Numbered from the whole stretch's first letter, positions 21,340 through 35,700 are shown. The stretch is 59,500 nt of DNA, filler included, from Circinaria calcarea (GCA_051942165.1; 10 parts of 10 records of this genome joined end to end with filler, not necessarily neighbours in it), one strand, 5' to 3'. The notes: generated by a model from the letters alone, not told the origin. Numbers and translations: made by a program.

Positions 21340-23499
21340 ATGAAGGGAGCGCAGGTTATATATCTTGTGTTCCTCTGCAAGATACCACTTATTTGTGGCC
21401 TAATAGGTAAACTAGTCTCGCTCATGTTCTCCGAGCCAAGATATGTACTGATGGTGGCAAACCCCAAGCATCAACCACATGGTCCAATGGATCAACCTCA
21501 AGCGCGGCCAAATTATCATCTGCTTCATATTGCGGCGATTGCACTGTGCTGCAGGATGGAGTGGTAGGAGTTGCGTGGTATCCCACAATCTTCAGTCAGA
21601 CGATAGCCACTGCAATTATTACTCTTCGTGGCAATAAGACCTTGGGCTCAACAGTGATCTCCAACACTGCAACGTCGCAGTTTGATGTTTCAACATTATC
21701 CGGCTATACGATACTCGGGGCCGGGGCTGGCTGGTGGCAATGGAATAGGACAACGGCTTTTGACGTTCGTCAAAAAATCTTCCTTTATCGTCTAAACAGC
21801 TGATCAGAGGGTTCAGGATGACCCTGTGGCTTATCCAACCCCATATATTTTCCTTTTTCAACCGCACGCCCGTTACTCTACCGTCACAACTGAAGGAACG
21901 AATACAAAATGTGTCGAGGTAATCGACGATGGACATTCTCTGCCTCTATACCCAGGAACAATCACGGCTTCCACCTTTGATGCTTACGCTGGGTTGAACC
22001 ACAAGCCACCTATTGCGTGGCTAAATTCGTACGGCTATAATCTGCCGTCTTCCTGTACGAGATCGTTCGCTGGTGAACCCGTAGTGAATGTTGCAGTGTT
22101 GTCGCTCACTACAACATCCACTTTCCATCAAACAGATCCTAGCGCCACATCAAGAATAGAGGATCCTTCCAGTGCTCTAAGTTCGCCTAACGCTCCAAAC
22201 CCACCAATCGAATCCTCTCACCTCTCCACTGCGATAACCGTATCAGCTACATATTTTCCAGGCGCAACACCAACCAATGGGCAACCGGCAGTCACTCCGA
22301 TTAATACTTTGATAGCTGGCTTGCCAACCGAAGCGTCTGTTGCTCCACCCGCGCAAACCCAATCCCCAAGTATAATGTCGAGCAGTACTGGGATTGCTTC
22401 TGGTATGCCTGTCAGCTCTGTCGGCGATGTACATTTAATCTCCTCAAGCTCCGCGATTATTGTGGGCACACCAACTCTTACCCCTGGCGGTACCATTACA
22501 TTCTCCGGATCTGTGATATCCTACGGTTCTTTTATTACTAACATCGCCGACTCGGCGCAGCTGCACCCTCCCACACCCACCACGCTCCCTATTCTCACCA
22601 TAGGCAATTCCCGAATCACAGCCAACTCCGCTTCCGCATATATAATTAACTCCCAAACACTTATCCCAGGAGGTGCCGTCACCGTGTCTGGATCTGAGAT
22701 CTCCTATGGCGCTCTCATCACTTCAGCGCAGCCACTTCCAGTGCTCATATTCGGTAACTCGGAAATCTCTGCCAATGCCGCTTCTGCATTCATAGTAGAT
22801 TCCCAAACCTTGACCCCAGGAGGCGCCATTACAGTCCTTGGATCCAAAATCTCTTATCCTCCCAACCTCGTCTCAACGAAACTTACCTCAACTACGCTTC
22901 CTGTCCTAACCGTTGGCGAATCCCTAATTACTGCCAATGCCGCTTCTGCATTCATCGTCAATTCTCAAACTTTGACCCCAGGAGGCGTCATTACAGTCCT
23001 TGGATCCAAAATCTCTTATCCTCCCAACCTCGTCTTAACGAAACCTATCTCCGCTACGTTTCCTGTCCTAACCGTTGGCGAATCCCTAATTACTGCTAAT
23101 ACCGCTTCTGCATTCATCATCGCCTCCCAGACACTTACTCCGGGCGGCATTATCACAATCTCTGGATCCGAGATCTCTCTAGCCTCTGGCGCATCACTTG
23201 CAGTAATAAATAATCAAACGCAAGTCCTGATGCCTGAGACGGCTATATCAGGGATCGATACCCCAGGTACTTTCTCTCGGACTTCTGCACCAGGGATCGG
23301 CGGATACATATATAGCGGCTTCGGCGGCTCATCGACACCGGCACCGGCAGCTGCGAGTGCGAGTGCGAGTGCGACTGTGAACGGGAATCTTGGGACCGAG
23401 TTTGAGGGAGGTGGTGGGAGGGTGAGGGTGAGAGGAAGAGGTAGATATTGGGTCTCGTTTGGGGTGGTGGCGTGGGTGTGGGTAACGTATTGTAGATAA
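21340..23499 (+). CDS. Putative GPI-anchored cell-wall/adhesin-like protein with ~54-aa internal repeats, 3 exons
   Basis: Signal-like MKGAQVIYLVFLCKIPLICG; two GT-AG introns join in frame to ORF 21826-23499; repeats LPVLTVGESLITANAASAFIVNSQTLTPGGVITVLGSKIS with a 162-bp DNA period (22771, 22933, 23095); GPI-like end EFEGGGGRVRV..WVSFGVVAWVWV. Confidence 0.8.
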
Positions 23500-23777
23500 A
23501 GAAAAGGAATGTGTATATAATCCTTCGCATGTGTGATATAGATTATGGATCTCAAGCTACAATGATCATTATCCCGAGTGCCCTGAGGTCGATACGTGGA
23601 TTTCCCTACATAATTCTACCCCCTGTACGATATTTTCTCTATCTAGAGTAACGATGGTCCCATGCCATTTCCGTTCCCCTACTTTCTCGTTTTCTTAACC
23701 CTCCTCTCCTTCCCACATCTCTCTCTCTCTCGGGGCTGGGGCTCGGTATCAGGTAGTTGCATAGTCAATGGATGTAC

Positions 23778-23877
23778 NNNNNNNNNNNNNNNNNNNNNNN
23801 NNNNNNNNNNNNNNNNNNNNNTTAATTAATTAANNNNNNNNNNNNNNNNNNNNNNNNNNNNNNNNNNNNNNNNNNNN
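23778..23877. other. Artificial contig spacer 4
   Basis: N44-TTAATTAATTAA-N44. Confidence 0.99.
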
Positions 23878-24134
23878 CAACACATCTCCTTGGGTAATCG
23901 ATTGGCTTTGCGTTCGTCTTAGCTATGGCAACAGTCACTACCTGATGGAGCCTTCTATCTTGGACTACGAGCAACTGGTACTTTCCGCGACTAGCTCTTA
24001 GTCGGTATTGTTCTTCGAGAAAACCCTACTACGAAGTTCGCGATCACTCATCGTGCGCCGAATTACAGCATCTCTCACCATATTCTGCGACTGCAGTGGA
24101 TGTTGCTACTGCTATCACCGACACTCGTTACATT

Positions 24135-27100
24135 ATGGAGTCAATTGGTGCTACCGGGCCAGTGGCATTGCCAGCAACTGAGCTGGTCAAGCAGCTGCGA
24201 GATGGGAAAGCCGTCTTCTCCACCAACTTTGGTCAGTATCTAAGACGAGAGGCAAAGCCTTTCGAAGCGCCCATAATCATGCGAACCGATCCCGTTGAAG
24301 ACGTAGAGGCAATGGTGTCGAAGCTGCAGCAACAGCACCCTGAGGCATGTAAAACCATTGCTGCTCCTATCAACAACATCTACGACTATTTCGACCACTA
24401 CGATGTCCAACTACATGGAACGGCGATCATTCATGCCGTTCTTAGCACCATTGCTGTGCAGAACTCTTCTACAGCGATGCGTGTTCAACAGTTTACTGAA
24501 GATTGGAAGAATAGAAATTTTGAGCGCTTCAATGAGATTACTGCCGACAGTCAAGACCTTTTCACCGTGGAAGAGAAAGAGACCTATGACGAGGAGTTTT
24601 TGAAAGACGCAGCTGTGTATCTTCAAAATCTTAGGTTGGGCATACCACTAATGGTGTCTGAAGCTGCAAATGGTAATGTGACCTGCCTTTCATCGCTTCT
24701 TTGACAGCTGATAGGTCACCAGGACACACTTATTCTACAGCACATCTATCGACCCTCACTACAAACCCTGATCAACATTCTTTGGGGCCTCCCACATCTG
24801 GTTACATGACCATGCTCTCGATGCAGCAAGTACCTTCAGTTCCTTTTTCTGCTCCGCCCACCAACCCTATACACCCAGCACATCCTGTGTTCGAGCGGCC
24901 AAATTCGGCAACCATGGATTCTTCTGGAGCCTTAGTTCTACCTTTGGCCTTGTCCAAACATCACAGCGATACAGAACTCAGGAATATTACTCCATCATAT
25001 GTTCCCGTGGCTCGTTATGGTCAAGACCAAACCCCAAGATATCATTCACATCCTACAGTCCTTATGGAGCATGAACATTCACGATTTCCAAGAGACATCA
25101 AAGATACTCATCCTTTGCGAAACATACCATTCCGAGTTCGTGACGCCTCACAATCTACTTACCAACCTGCACAAGAAAACACAAGCTTCGATAAGGTACA
25201 GTATCGACAGCCACGTAAAGCATTCTTAAAATATGGCTCCCGGCAGCCAGTTTCCGCAAGTGGCTACGCTCAGAACATAGGTCCTGTTCCCCATAGATCG
25301 CAAGTGGGCTTCAACGCTCAAAATGTGCATCAATTTTCAGGCGCGGCTGGGTCATTCCCCTATCAAGCGACCGAGCCTTTACAATTCGGGCCTCAAGTAA
25401 TGGGGTCACAAACCTCAAAGCAACCGGGCGGATATATGCACCCACGCCCTTCTATTGCGCAGGATAGCCAGAGACCACCATCAGGTGAGCAATATCAGAA
25501 CCAGCACCAAGGGTACGAAGGCCTTGTACCTTTCCCAGGTGGGGCTATGATAGGTGGCGCATTACCTGTACCGAATCACGGCCAAGAATCCCTTCAGTTG
25601 ATCATACCGAAAACTCGAGGAACACAGATCCATGATGTGAATCGACTGCGAATATCCCCTCAGGAAGGTTACAGATGGCCAACTTTCCAAGGCCCGCCAT
25701 TTATAGGTCCTGCCTCAGATTTTCAGGGGATTCAGCATCGAGAGCAGAACCAAGGTCGGCCAGAGGATATTGTGCAGAGCCAAGGAGCACCGCATTTCCG
25801 GATAGCCCCACACAATGGATTTCATGGACGACCCTTTTCAGGGTCCCAACCTTTCCAAAACCAGAACCAAGTGCGAAATCAACCTGATATGGTCAGATAT
25901 CGTCATCCACGGATGGACTTCTCGAACGATGCTCGTGTACTGGAACATCACGACTCACAGCAACGGAAAAGCTCGTGGGACGAGAGCAAAGATATCTTAC
26001 GGTATCAGGAAAATCTGCAATCATCTCGTGGAGGACTTAGACGAAACTCGAGAGGACGTGGATCTCGTCGCCCTAGCTCTGCTCAGCATGCGCAGCCCTA
26101 CCGTGTACAAAATCATCATGCTCAAGACGGATTTCCTGACTCTGATTCTGTCCGTGGCCGCAATAGCGCGGAATACTTTGGTAACATCAGTACCAACCTT
26201 GATAACGATTTGTCTCATCAACGCGATTCTAACAGCCATGGGTTACCAACTGGGACTGCCGACTACAAGGCTGTGGGGGCCGATAAAGAAAACGTGGTTG
26301 GAGCTGGAAACGAGCTTCAACGTCTTCAGGATGCTGACAAGATGGCACTAGAGTACATCAATCATGATGCTGGTAGGTTTACTAACTACCATGCCTCACA
26401 TACAACCTATCGAAGTCAACAAGCCCAGCCGGACGGGACACTAGGTGCCGCACCGGAGCAGCATGGACGTAGTGGCCCTCAGAGGTTGTATGTGGGGGGC
26501 CAAACAAGCGATCAGGTAGACTTATATAAGCTTTTTGCACCATTTGGTGATGTTTCGGACATCGTCGGTCCAATCATACCTAAAAACAGTTGCGAGAAAA
26601 TACCACCGTTCAAGTTCTCGTTCGTTACGTAAGTCATTCTGATGATAGAATGCGGGCTGTAATACTGACACGTTGATGCCTAGTCTACAATCTCCTCGTG
26701 CCGCTGAACGCGCTCAACTGAGTCTTGACAACACACCTATCAATAGTAGCGGATTCCGTTGGACTGTTAGATATGCATACGACAGAAGGGAGAAAACAGA
26801 TTCTGGGAGTTCTTCTCAGCCAGTGCCGTACCAATATAAAAACAGTTCCAGCATGGAGCATAAAATGAACTCTAAGACAGGAGGTATGGAATCCGTACAA
26901 CATCATGGCCTGTCAATTAAACTCACCTCTGATTTTGTAAATGGTACGAGAGAGCAAGAACATCAGGTTCCAAGGGAGCATGAGAGTCAGACGAATGCCC
27001 CACTTACGCCAAAATTCAGAGGTGAAGATAATGTTCAAGCTGCTGAGGAGCTAGACGGAAACCATAGCAGTTTCAAGACAGCCAAAAAGGGGCAAAGCAA

Positions 27101-29739
27101 GAAGAGGAAACCTTCTCAATTATCTAACGAATCAACTCCCACCTGTAAAGGCAAAAATTTGACACCTGAACGCGGTGTTTCCCAGCCTCTAAAGGATGGA
27201 AACGGGTTCGGCAGCGTATATGGAAGAGATAGTCAAGATCCAATGAGCTTGACGGAAAGCAAACAGACAAATGATAAGACGGAAGGAAAAAAGACTGGGC
27301 AAGAGAGGCATGCAACACCCAAGGCTGAATCACACAAGCAGCAGATAGAAGCCGAGGTAAAGATGGCAGAAATTGGGCGCGAAGAGCATGCGACACCTAA
27401 AACTCAAACACGGAAGCAGCCGACGAGAGACCGTGAAGAGAAGACTAGGCATGAAAAGCAAGTGACGCCTAAATCCAAGCCTCAGAAACATCAGGCGAGT
27501 AGACGTGGGAGTGGAAAGAAGAATGAGTCGACAGTAGTCGATGAATCGCCAATCGATGCCGTGGGCCTCGGGGATGCATTTGCTGTTTCGAGGTCTCCGG
27601 AAAACCTCAGCAGAACTTCGTCCGTTGCCAACTACCATCAACAACTTGTATCCAACGGTTCACCAACCAAAAAACCCAAAAAGCAGGGTACACTTCCGAA
27701 GCCTAAGCAAAATCATACTCAAGTGGCTATTACAGTAATTTCACCAGTTGAAGGGCTTCCTGAGGATACAACAAGGATGCAAACCTCATCTTTTGATCCG
27801 CTCGATACCCATCCAGATGCTTGGCCAGCACTAATCAAATCGCCGGTTGCACCTAGCACCCTGGTTGCTGTCCCACTTCAGAGTTCTTTAGTGGGTCTGA
27901 GTCGCCGAGCAAGTCCCATTAAAGAAACGCCGAAGAAGCAAAATACGGAAAACTCTCTTGAACCTACCAAACAAACAAATATCAAGGCCAAGGATGCGGC
28001 GAGAGCTCAAACACAGGAGAAGTTCGATGTTGTACAATCACCGTCTGTTCTCTTACCAAACATGGAGACCCAAAGTGTTTCTCATCAAGTTAGCGAGAAA
28101 GAGACGCAAACAGGTGAATATCAACGTCTTAAGTCAACGACATCACAAATCAGCAGCCAATACGCAGCGGAGCTAGAGCCGTTGTCTCCAATTACACTTG
28201 TTGCTATAAGTGTTTCGTCTGTTTCACCAGTTGATGGACAAGTTAGCTGGGCCAAGGAAGGTGAGAAACAAGACGATATGGTGCACCCTGGTACTTCAGC
28301 ACTCGATGCTACGAAGAAACTAGATTTCAATGAACCTGAGGAGAGCGCCCTCGCCTCTCATGTTAAGAAGGAGCAAGTAGATGTATCAGACTCAGAAGAG
28401 GACCACGTCTACATACCTACATCAGATATAAGCGGCATTCCAAAATCAAGTCATCCAGGGAGTCCTCATCAAGAGCTACCAACAAAGTCATCATATTCTG
28501 CCCTAGCAAAAGCCGAAACCCCAAGAGACACCTTGCCAGCGGTGACGATTAAATCTAAGCTAGTAGCTTCGTCAATATCGTCTGTCAAAGAAGGAGATCT
28601 AGAGGAAGGGTTTGCCAAGAAAACAATGGAGAATGAAGACGAACCGTTGGAGCTGGTCAAGATGACCTTGGAGGATTCTCCAAAGTCGATATCTCCTCGC
28701 GCTAATCGGAAAGCTCTTACTATCGAGCCTACACCCTGGGTACCCTCTTCATCTTCCCCATCGGCACATCTGGCGTCTGAGTTAAATATGCCTCTCGGCC
28801 CGAAGACAAAGCTCCGCCAAGACACTAATATCAAGAGTTGCTCTCTATCCATTCCATCACCGCCGATTTCGACACACATGAAGAAGCAAAGAGCACGTAC
28901 TCCAACGAAGGAAAGATTCGCCAAGGAGCCCAAGGCAACCAAGGACACACATGTGAAGGCATCGAACATCGAAACTTCGCTGTCTCGGGACCTAAAAGAA
29001 GGCGATGCTATTACGATAGCGTCTACGAGAGAGTCCTCTGCCTTTGCCCCTGTATCTGCAAGAGATGGAGAAGTTGCGGCGCGATCAGACTCCGAGAAGC
29101 CTCCGATAAGCGGAACCACAGAACTGTCTGTGCACGATTCTGATCGCAACTCACCCTCGACAGACGAAATCCGAATCTATCCATCCATTGATAAAGCGAA
29201 CGCAGTGGAAGATTTATTTGTACCTGCTCCCCATCAGCATAGATTTCAAATTATCAGTATCTCACTTCCAACTCAGTCGATAGAGGAAAGCATAAGCCAA
29301 GAGATACGTTCAGCCCCATTACAGATAACAGCACCCGAGTCGCCGCCGACAACGACGACGACAAAGAAGAATCACAAGAAATCAAAGAAGAAGAGCAAGA
29401 GCCGGCAGACATCTTCAGAGATTTCAATGACACCTCCGCCAGTCAAGATAATTGAAGCTTTCAGACCACTCACTCCTCCTGAGGATGTACCAGTGCCTAA
29501 GTCTGATGACGAAAAGTTTCCTACGTTAGAACCTTGTCCCAAAGAAAGCCCCAGCACTCCAAGCCTTAAGGCATTACTCAACGAGCAAGGAGTCTCAAGA
29601 CCTCCTACGCCGCCAAAGGATCTAGCACCTCTCAACTCCGACAATGAGAAGCAAGCCGTAACGTCAGAAGCCTCCACTGAAGTTTCTACTCTCAAGGGAA
29701 GCCCCGAAGGAAGCCCGAAAGGTACTCTGAAAGGTAAAT
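24135..29739 (+). CDS. Large (>1800 aa), mostly disordered protein with one central RRM domain; 3' truncated
   Basis: Three long same-strand ORFs can be joined by short introns (~24635/24672-24713 and ~26629-26683). RNP2-like RLYVGG..LYKLFAPFGDV..RNP1-like FSFVT|LQS..AAERA..WTVRYA spans intron 2. Confidence 0.78.
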
Positions 29740-29839
29740 NNNNNNNNNNNNNNNNNNNNNNNNNNNNNNNNNNNNNNNNNNNNTTAATTAATTAANNNNN
29801 NNNNNNNNNNNNNNNNNNNNNNNNNNNNNNNNNNNNNNN
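29740..29839. other. Artificial contig spacer 5
   Basis: N44-TTAATTAATTAA-N44. Confidence 0.99.
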
Positions 29840-32800
29840 GGGTGCGGTTGCACCAGGCGTTGGTTTTGTACGACAGTGGTAGCTTGCAGGCGCTCGAAAT
29901 TGTACTTCTCGTCCGAGGCGTGTTGGTCGATGATGAAAAGCTCGTCCGTTGAGGATGGGTTCGAAGGGTCGGAAGGACGAGCGGCGATGATAAAACCGAG
30001 GTTGAATTGGCCGATGATTTGCATGCTGGAAAAGTCTTCCTTGGAAACGATTAATGACAGACGTTCCTCGGCGGATTCTGCATCTTGTTCTGCAGCGAAG
30101 TCTGGTGTTAAAGTATGTTCGACCGGTTTTTGCATTGATCTCGCCAGCAGGCGGAATTGATAATCTATTTTTTCGACTGATGTGTCAATGGTTTGCATCA
30201 GCTCTGTTGTAGAGTCCTTCTGACTTCTGCCTTTCAGTATGTAATCCGCACGCTTGACGTTATCCTGTGAGGGTCGAGCTGCTCTCTCTTCTGCATCTTT
30301 GATCAATTGAGCAACCTTGGCTTCCTCCCTAGCTTTCTTCCCAGCCTCATCAAGATATTCATCTCCAGCTCCCTCAGTATCTGATGGAGGTAAAGAACCA
30401 TCGTCTACACCCTCGCTTTCATATACGTCAACTCCGCCGGTGTGGTGATCACCGGTGTGCGTCTTTCCGTTATCTTCTTGGTTGACTCTATGAAAGGCAT
30501 CTGTCAACGGACCACTATCAGTCCCTTCAATGGCCGCTTCACGTTGTTCCCGAATGTCTTCGTCGTCGGAGCTTTCCCTTTCCTCTTTCCCTTCCCCTTT
30601 GCCTTCTTCATCATCCTCCTCGTCATCCTCCTCGTCCTCCCCCTCCTCGGCACTTTCTTCGGCTGCGGACCCAGCGATTTGACTTCCAGGTGCCGCAAAT
30701 GCCTTTAGGGAACTTCCGAATTTCTGACTAGCGGATTTATCCTTGGGTATGCCATAGTGAATTCTCCTTTTAGGCTTTTCGTTGTATGTACGCAGTTGCG
30801 GGGTTGGCGCGCCAATTGTGGATGTCATTGTCTTCGAACCGATGGTAATGGTTGCTATTTGCAGAGGGGTCCTCTGAGGCCGCATACGATCAAAGGCATT
30901 TAGCACAGCACCCGGTATAGGCTTCACTGGCGTACTATTTGTGGAAGGTATGTCCTCTTCATCATCCACTTTTGGGGAGTGTAACGGATCTGAGTCTAAC
31001 CTAATGCCTGCTTGCTGCCCGGCTATACGTTGATTAAAATCTTGCACAGGTTTTTCTAGCACCTTTTCATATGCGTCAGAAGCTGTAAGATCATGGACGT
31101 CGTCGTCCTCGTCAATTTGGTTATCTGCGTCTGGTCCTTTGGCCAATTTCCTCATGAGCCTCTGCTTATCACTGGTAAGCTCCTTCCTATGTGAATCCCC
31201 TTTTGGTTTGCTAGCAGCCCCGGGGGCCCGCTCCTGAACCTTTCGACCAAGGAATTTCTGGATAAGGCTTGTCACTTGACTGTCCGAATTCTGAGATTCC
31301 GAGACAGACCGTTCCTGGCTCGTACCGGCATCCTGATCACTGTCATCCGACTGGCCTGTAGTGGCACTCCCAGGGCGTGATTCAGCCGCCGAATTTTGGC
31401 GACTGAAATTCAGTGGCTTGAAAGAAGGCAGTTTCTGTACGGGATTCTGCGACTGCGGCACCGTTTGCTGTTGCCTCTCAAAAAGCTCCGTCAGGGAAAC
31501 CTACACTAATTAGTAGCGCACTTACAAAAGGCAGATCCTTTGTACCTTGATAGACTCGAGTAGGGCGCTTTGGTCATGAAGCAGAATGGTCCTCTTATCT
31601 GGAGACACGTTGACGTCGTAGGCATCTAGTTTAATCAGTAAAGAGCTTCTAGACCATAGTAACCCACTGACTTGTATCTAATACTACATTTGCGAATATG
31701 AAAGGGGATTGTGACAAGTTGTAGGACTTGTAAACCTCGTTCATGACTTTTGCAACCTGAGGTAGACCACAAGGCCTCGAGTTGACGAAGAACATTTGAC
31801 GATCGGGAGTCTGCCTGCCTTCACCAAAGATGGGTTTCGAAACATGTCCAAGTACGCGGATTTGCTTGCCTCTTACAAATCAGCTCTCTTTCCTTCCGAG
31901 ACTTCCATGGTAGAGTTCAATATCACTAACCCCCCTTCGTTTGGCTTGCTCCCGCTCCCAGCACTCGCTTGCATTTCTAGGTCAAGATCGAGGGATACCA
32001 AAGCGGACAAAGTCTTTGCTCCAAAGACATTCGCTATATTCTCCCTTGTGGTACGGTTGGATTTGGTCGAGAACACAATGGCCTTTTTACCTTTCGCCAT
32101 CAAATTGCTCACTGAAAACTTGACGTTCGTGCTAATGCATGCGTATGCCTGGAGTAAGCTTAGTGCCTTGCCATACTCTCGTTTGATGTTTCGTTCGAGT
32201 TCCTGGCGCCGCACTGGAAGGTTCCTGAAAATGGTCTCGACAGCCACAGTCGTGCCTCTTTGACTCGCAACCACATGTGTGCCTTTCAAACGGCCAGAGG
32301 TTTCAAAGTCCAGCCTTGTACCTTTTGGTACTTCATCCTCGCGGGCAGTTACGATATGGACGTCAGAGAGCGCACATAGGGAAGAGAGCGCTTCTCCTCG
32401 AAAACCAAAGGTCTGCAACGAAGTCAAGTCATCATAACTCCTCAGCTTCGAAGTATAGTGCTTCAGTGCTGTGAGATTGTCAGTTGCACATCGATAATGT
32501 TGGTGATCTGATGCTCGCACCGATGCTCGCGTAGTCCTCTTTGGAAATCCCCGAGCCATTGTCCTGGACTTCGATAGAGTCGAGGCCGTTATTCTTAAAG
32601 CGGACATCTATCATGATTCAGAACCGGTCTGTTCCGTGAAGGATTATATCTCTGATTTACCTATCGATGTAGCATGAGCGTCCAGACTGTTCTCGACAAG
32701 CTCTTTCACAACGGAGCATAGATCAACTATGACCTGTCCAGACTGGATTTGATGTACCTACCCACCACCTTCTCAGCAGTATGCAGGAATAATCATTGGT

Positions 32801-32845
32801 ATTATCACGTACAGATCCGCCCTCGATGGGCTTAATACTGGCCAT
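29840..32845 (-). CDS. PMS1: DNA mismatch repair protein Pms1 (MutL-alpha endonuclease subunit); multi-exon, 3' truncated
   Basis: [88 protein letters not shown], and the endonuclease motif [12 protein letters not shown]. Confidence 0.96.
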
Positions 32846-33736
32846 CTCAGCCCATGATAATGATTGACAGTCAACGAGCACGGTGTTTCCCACGCAGCCA
32901 CAAAGTCACGCAATCACGTAGCCTTATAAGGTTGTGGCTTCCCCAAAGCGTCTCTCTTTACAGGAAATCTCTTGCAGTGACTGTTGATAGGATAGGCAAT
33001 GTGGATGCCCCCTCCCCCAACTGCTTCTATTTTCATAAGAAGGTTGCAATGCACCCCGCCGTAACGGTTCTGTACCCCAGACACACCGATGTTGAAACCC
33101 ACCAACTATTCTAAGTAGAGGCAACGATGCTGGAAATCACCATGCCCCGTCGATGCGTCAACGAGTGAAACTCGAATCGCAGTACGAAAATGTGGTGTGA
33201 GCTTAAAATAGAAGATGCAATTTCCGATGGACTGAGGGATCGCAGTACAAAGTACCCCTGAATCTTATCGACTATCTCGCGCGCATCAGATCCGCCCTCA
33301 GGGGGGGGACTCTCTCCAGATCTCCATCTTCTATCTACACAACATCGCCCAACACCAGATCTTTCCGTCACTAATCTACACTGTAATACTATCGTTAATA
33401 ACCCTAATTGCTCTTCCACGTTCGCGTTTTCTTTGGTCTCAATTTCCCTTTTGCTCCTGTAGAACAAACACTCCGGACACACATCTGAGCCGATTTCGAT
33501 CCCATTCACTCTCTTTTATCGAGTACCGATAACAATTCAGAGCGCCCTTCCACCATCAGAAGGTCTTCCGTCGAAACGGTGCCAATCCCCGATACAAAGC
33601 TCAGAGTAGCCTTGATCCAATCGCTACCGCAACGACGGCTTCCATACTGCCGCCTATTCTGTACCGGGCGCCGCCCGTCGACCACACCCTTCAGCTCCCA
33701 TCTACGCACGCCCTTCATATTCTACCCTCTTTCACC

Positions 33737-35225
33737 ATGGTCCCGTCAGCGGACGACAGGGCCCCTTCCCCTCTGCCACTATTGGGGCATGATATTTCCC
33801 GGCCGTCGTCGACCTCAACGCAGTCGTCCAATGCTCTTCGACGACAACAGCAACAACAGCAACAGTACCACCAGCAGCAGAGTAATCTCAACGGAGGCTT
33901 ACCGGGGTTGGCTGCTTTGGCTTCTGTCGCGTCAGTTCCTTCTCCACAGTTAAGGTGAGTGGTAGATGCTCCCGACGCAATCGTACTCTACAGGCGCGTC
34001 GGACAACCCGGTGTCTGCGCCTGAAATGGACGCGACCGAGCTGACTTTTGTTCGTGACCGTGATAGGGCATACGGTAACGTCAACGGCAACGCAAACCAA
34101 AGTATGAATTACGCTACTGCTTCACCTGCGCCGACACCTGGTCTGCCAGGAAACACACCGGTGAGTTGGCACTTTGGGAGTCGGCCCACGGCGCTAAGAG
34201 CTGAGCGTTTCGCGTCGGCCTTTTCTTATCGCAAAAATCTTCTTCCACCTCCACCCAAACCACATCCACTTATCGTTATCGCTCCATGTCCCAACTTGTA
34301 TCTGATGGCGACACTTACTGATGACCATGGCAATCTCCAGCCGGTATGTCAGAACTGCAAGACGTCGACAACACCGTTATGGAGACGGGACGAGATCGGA
34401 TCGGTGCTCTGCAATGCCTGCGGCCTCTTTCTCAAGCTACATGGCAGACCTCGGCCAATAAGCCTCAAGACCGATGTTATCAAAAGCAGAAATCGAGTCA
34501 AGAGTGCTGGACAAGGCCAAAAACGAAAGGTAAACACTTGACCAGATCAAAGGCAAAACGCGCAACTGATGCCCTCCGCGCGATAGTCCCTCTTTGACGG
34601 TAACGGACATCCAGCGTCACGTTCCGAAGCTGGCACCCCACCGCCGCCTAATCATCACCCCCAACGACGAGTGTCGCACAAAAACTCATCGGGTGGCTCT
34701 GATCGTTCCATCTCCCCGATCACCCGAACCACCACCCCCTCTCTCCAATACCCTCCTAACATCGCTCCCCAGCACATGTTTGACGGCGTTTCCTTGACCG
34801 AACACAACTTTCATCACTCACCCTCTCTGCCCGCACTACATCTCAGGCAGCCTTCGCCCGGTTCTACCACATCCCTAAACGATCGTCACCTTGAACCACC
34901 TCCAACCTATGACTCTCTTTTCCAGTCGAACACCTCTCTCAAAACACGCGTCAGCGAGCTGGAGGTTATCAACGATCTATTCAAGGGTCGAGTTCATGAA
35001 CTAGAGCAGAACGATCAACGTGCAAGGGAGATGCATAACCAGCTGACCCAGGCTCTGGACCGCGCACACTTCAGAGAGAATGATCTCAAGCGACGTCTCG
35101 ATGAAGCTGAACGCGAGGTTGCGGATTTGAGGGAACTGGACTCTCATCCACATGCGAAGAGAATGCGTATATCTGATGTATCGGAATATCCAGACCCTCC
35201 ACAACCTCTGACCGCAACAATCTGA
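33737..35225 (+). CDS. areB: GATA zinc-finger + leucine-zipper transcription factor (AreB/NreB/ASD-4 type); exons 33737-33954, 34067-34160, 34341-34529, 34587-35225
   Basis: [50 protein letters not shown], plus the C-terminal zipper [24 protein letters not shown]. Confidence 0.88.
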
Positions 35226-35700
35226 GCCACTGATCACTCTGGGGTTCCCCTGGATTTTTTTCTTTCGTGCCATCTGCATTTTGACGATACCACTATTATG
35301 AGCTTCGAATCTCCTTGGTCCATCTATTGCGCTACTAAAAACACCTAGTAATTGCCTAATGGGATAAGGGGGATCCAGTGCAGCGGTTGTTCGCTCCCCT
35401 CTCACGTGGACTATGTACTATTATCACGAATCTTCTTATTGTTGTTATCATCGGCTTTACAAGGCGCGATACCGAGCTCAAAAGTCTATTTTCCTCCGAC
35501 AACCACTACGTTCTGTTTTTGGCACTGTGTGTACTCTAGCTGATAGGTCCCTTGCGTGGGTAATTTTCGAAATGGAGATGTCGGGGATGATTGGAACGGG
35601 TTCTTCCTGCTGAATTTGTGAGGTTGAGGACTTGCTTGATGAAGCAATTAGTCAACACCATATGAAAGCAAGATTGAATTTGCACACATATCGCTTGCAC

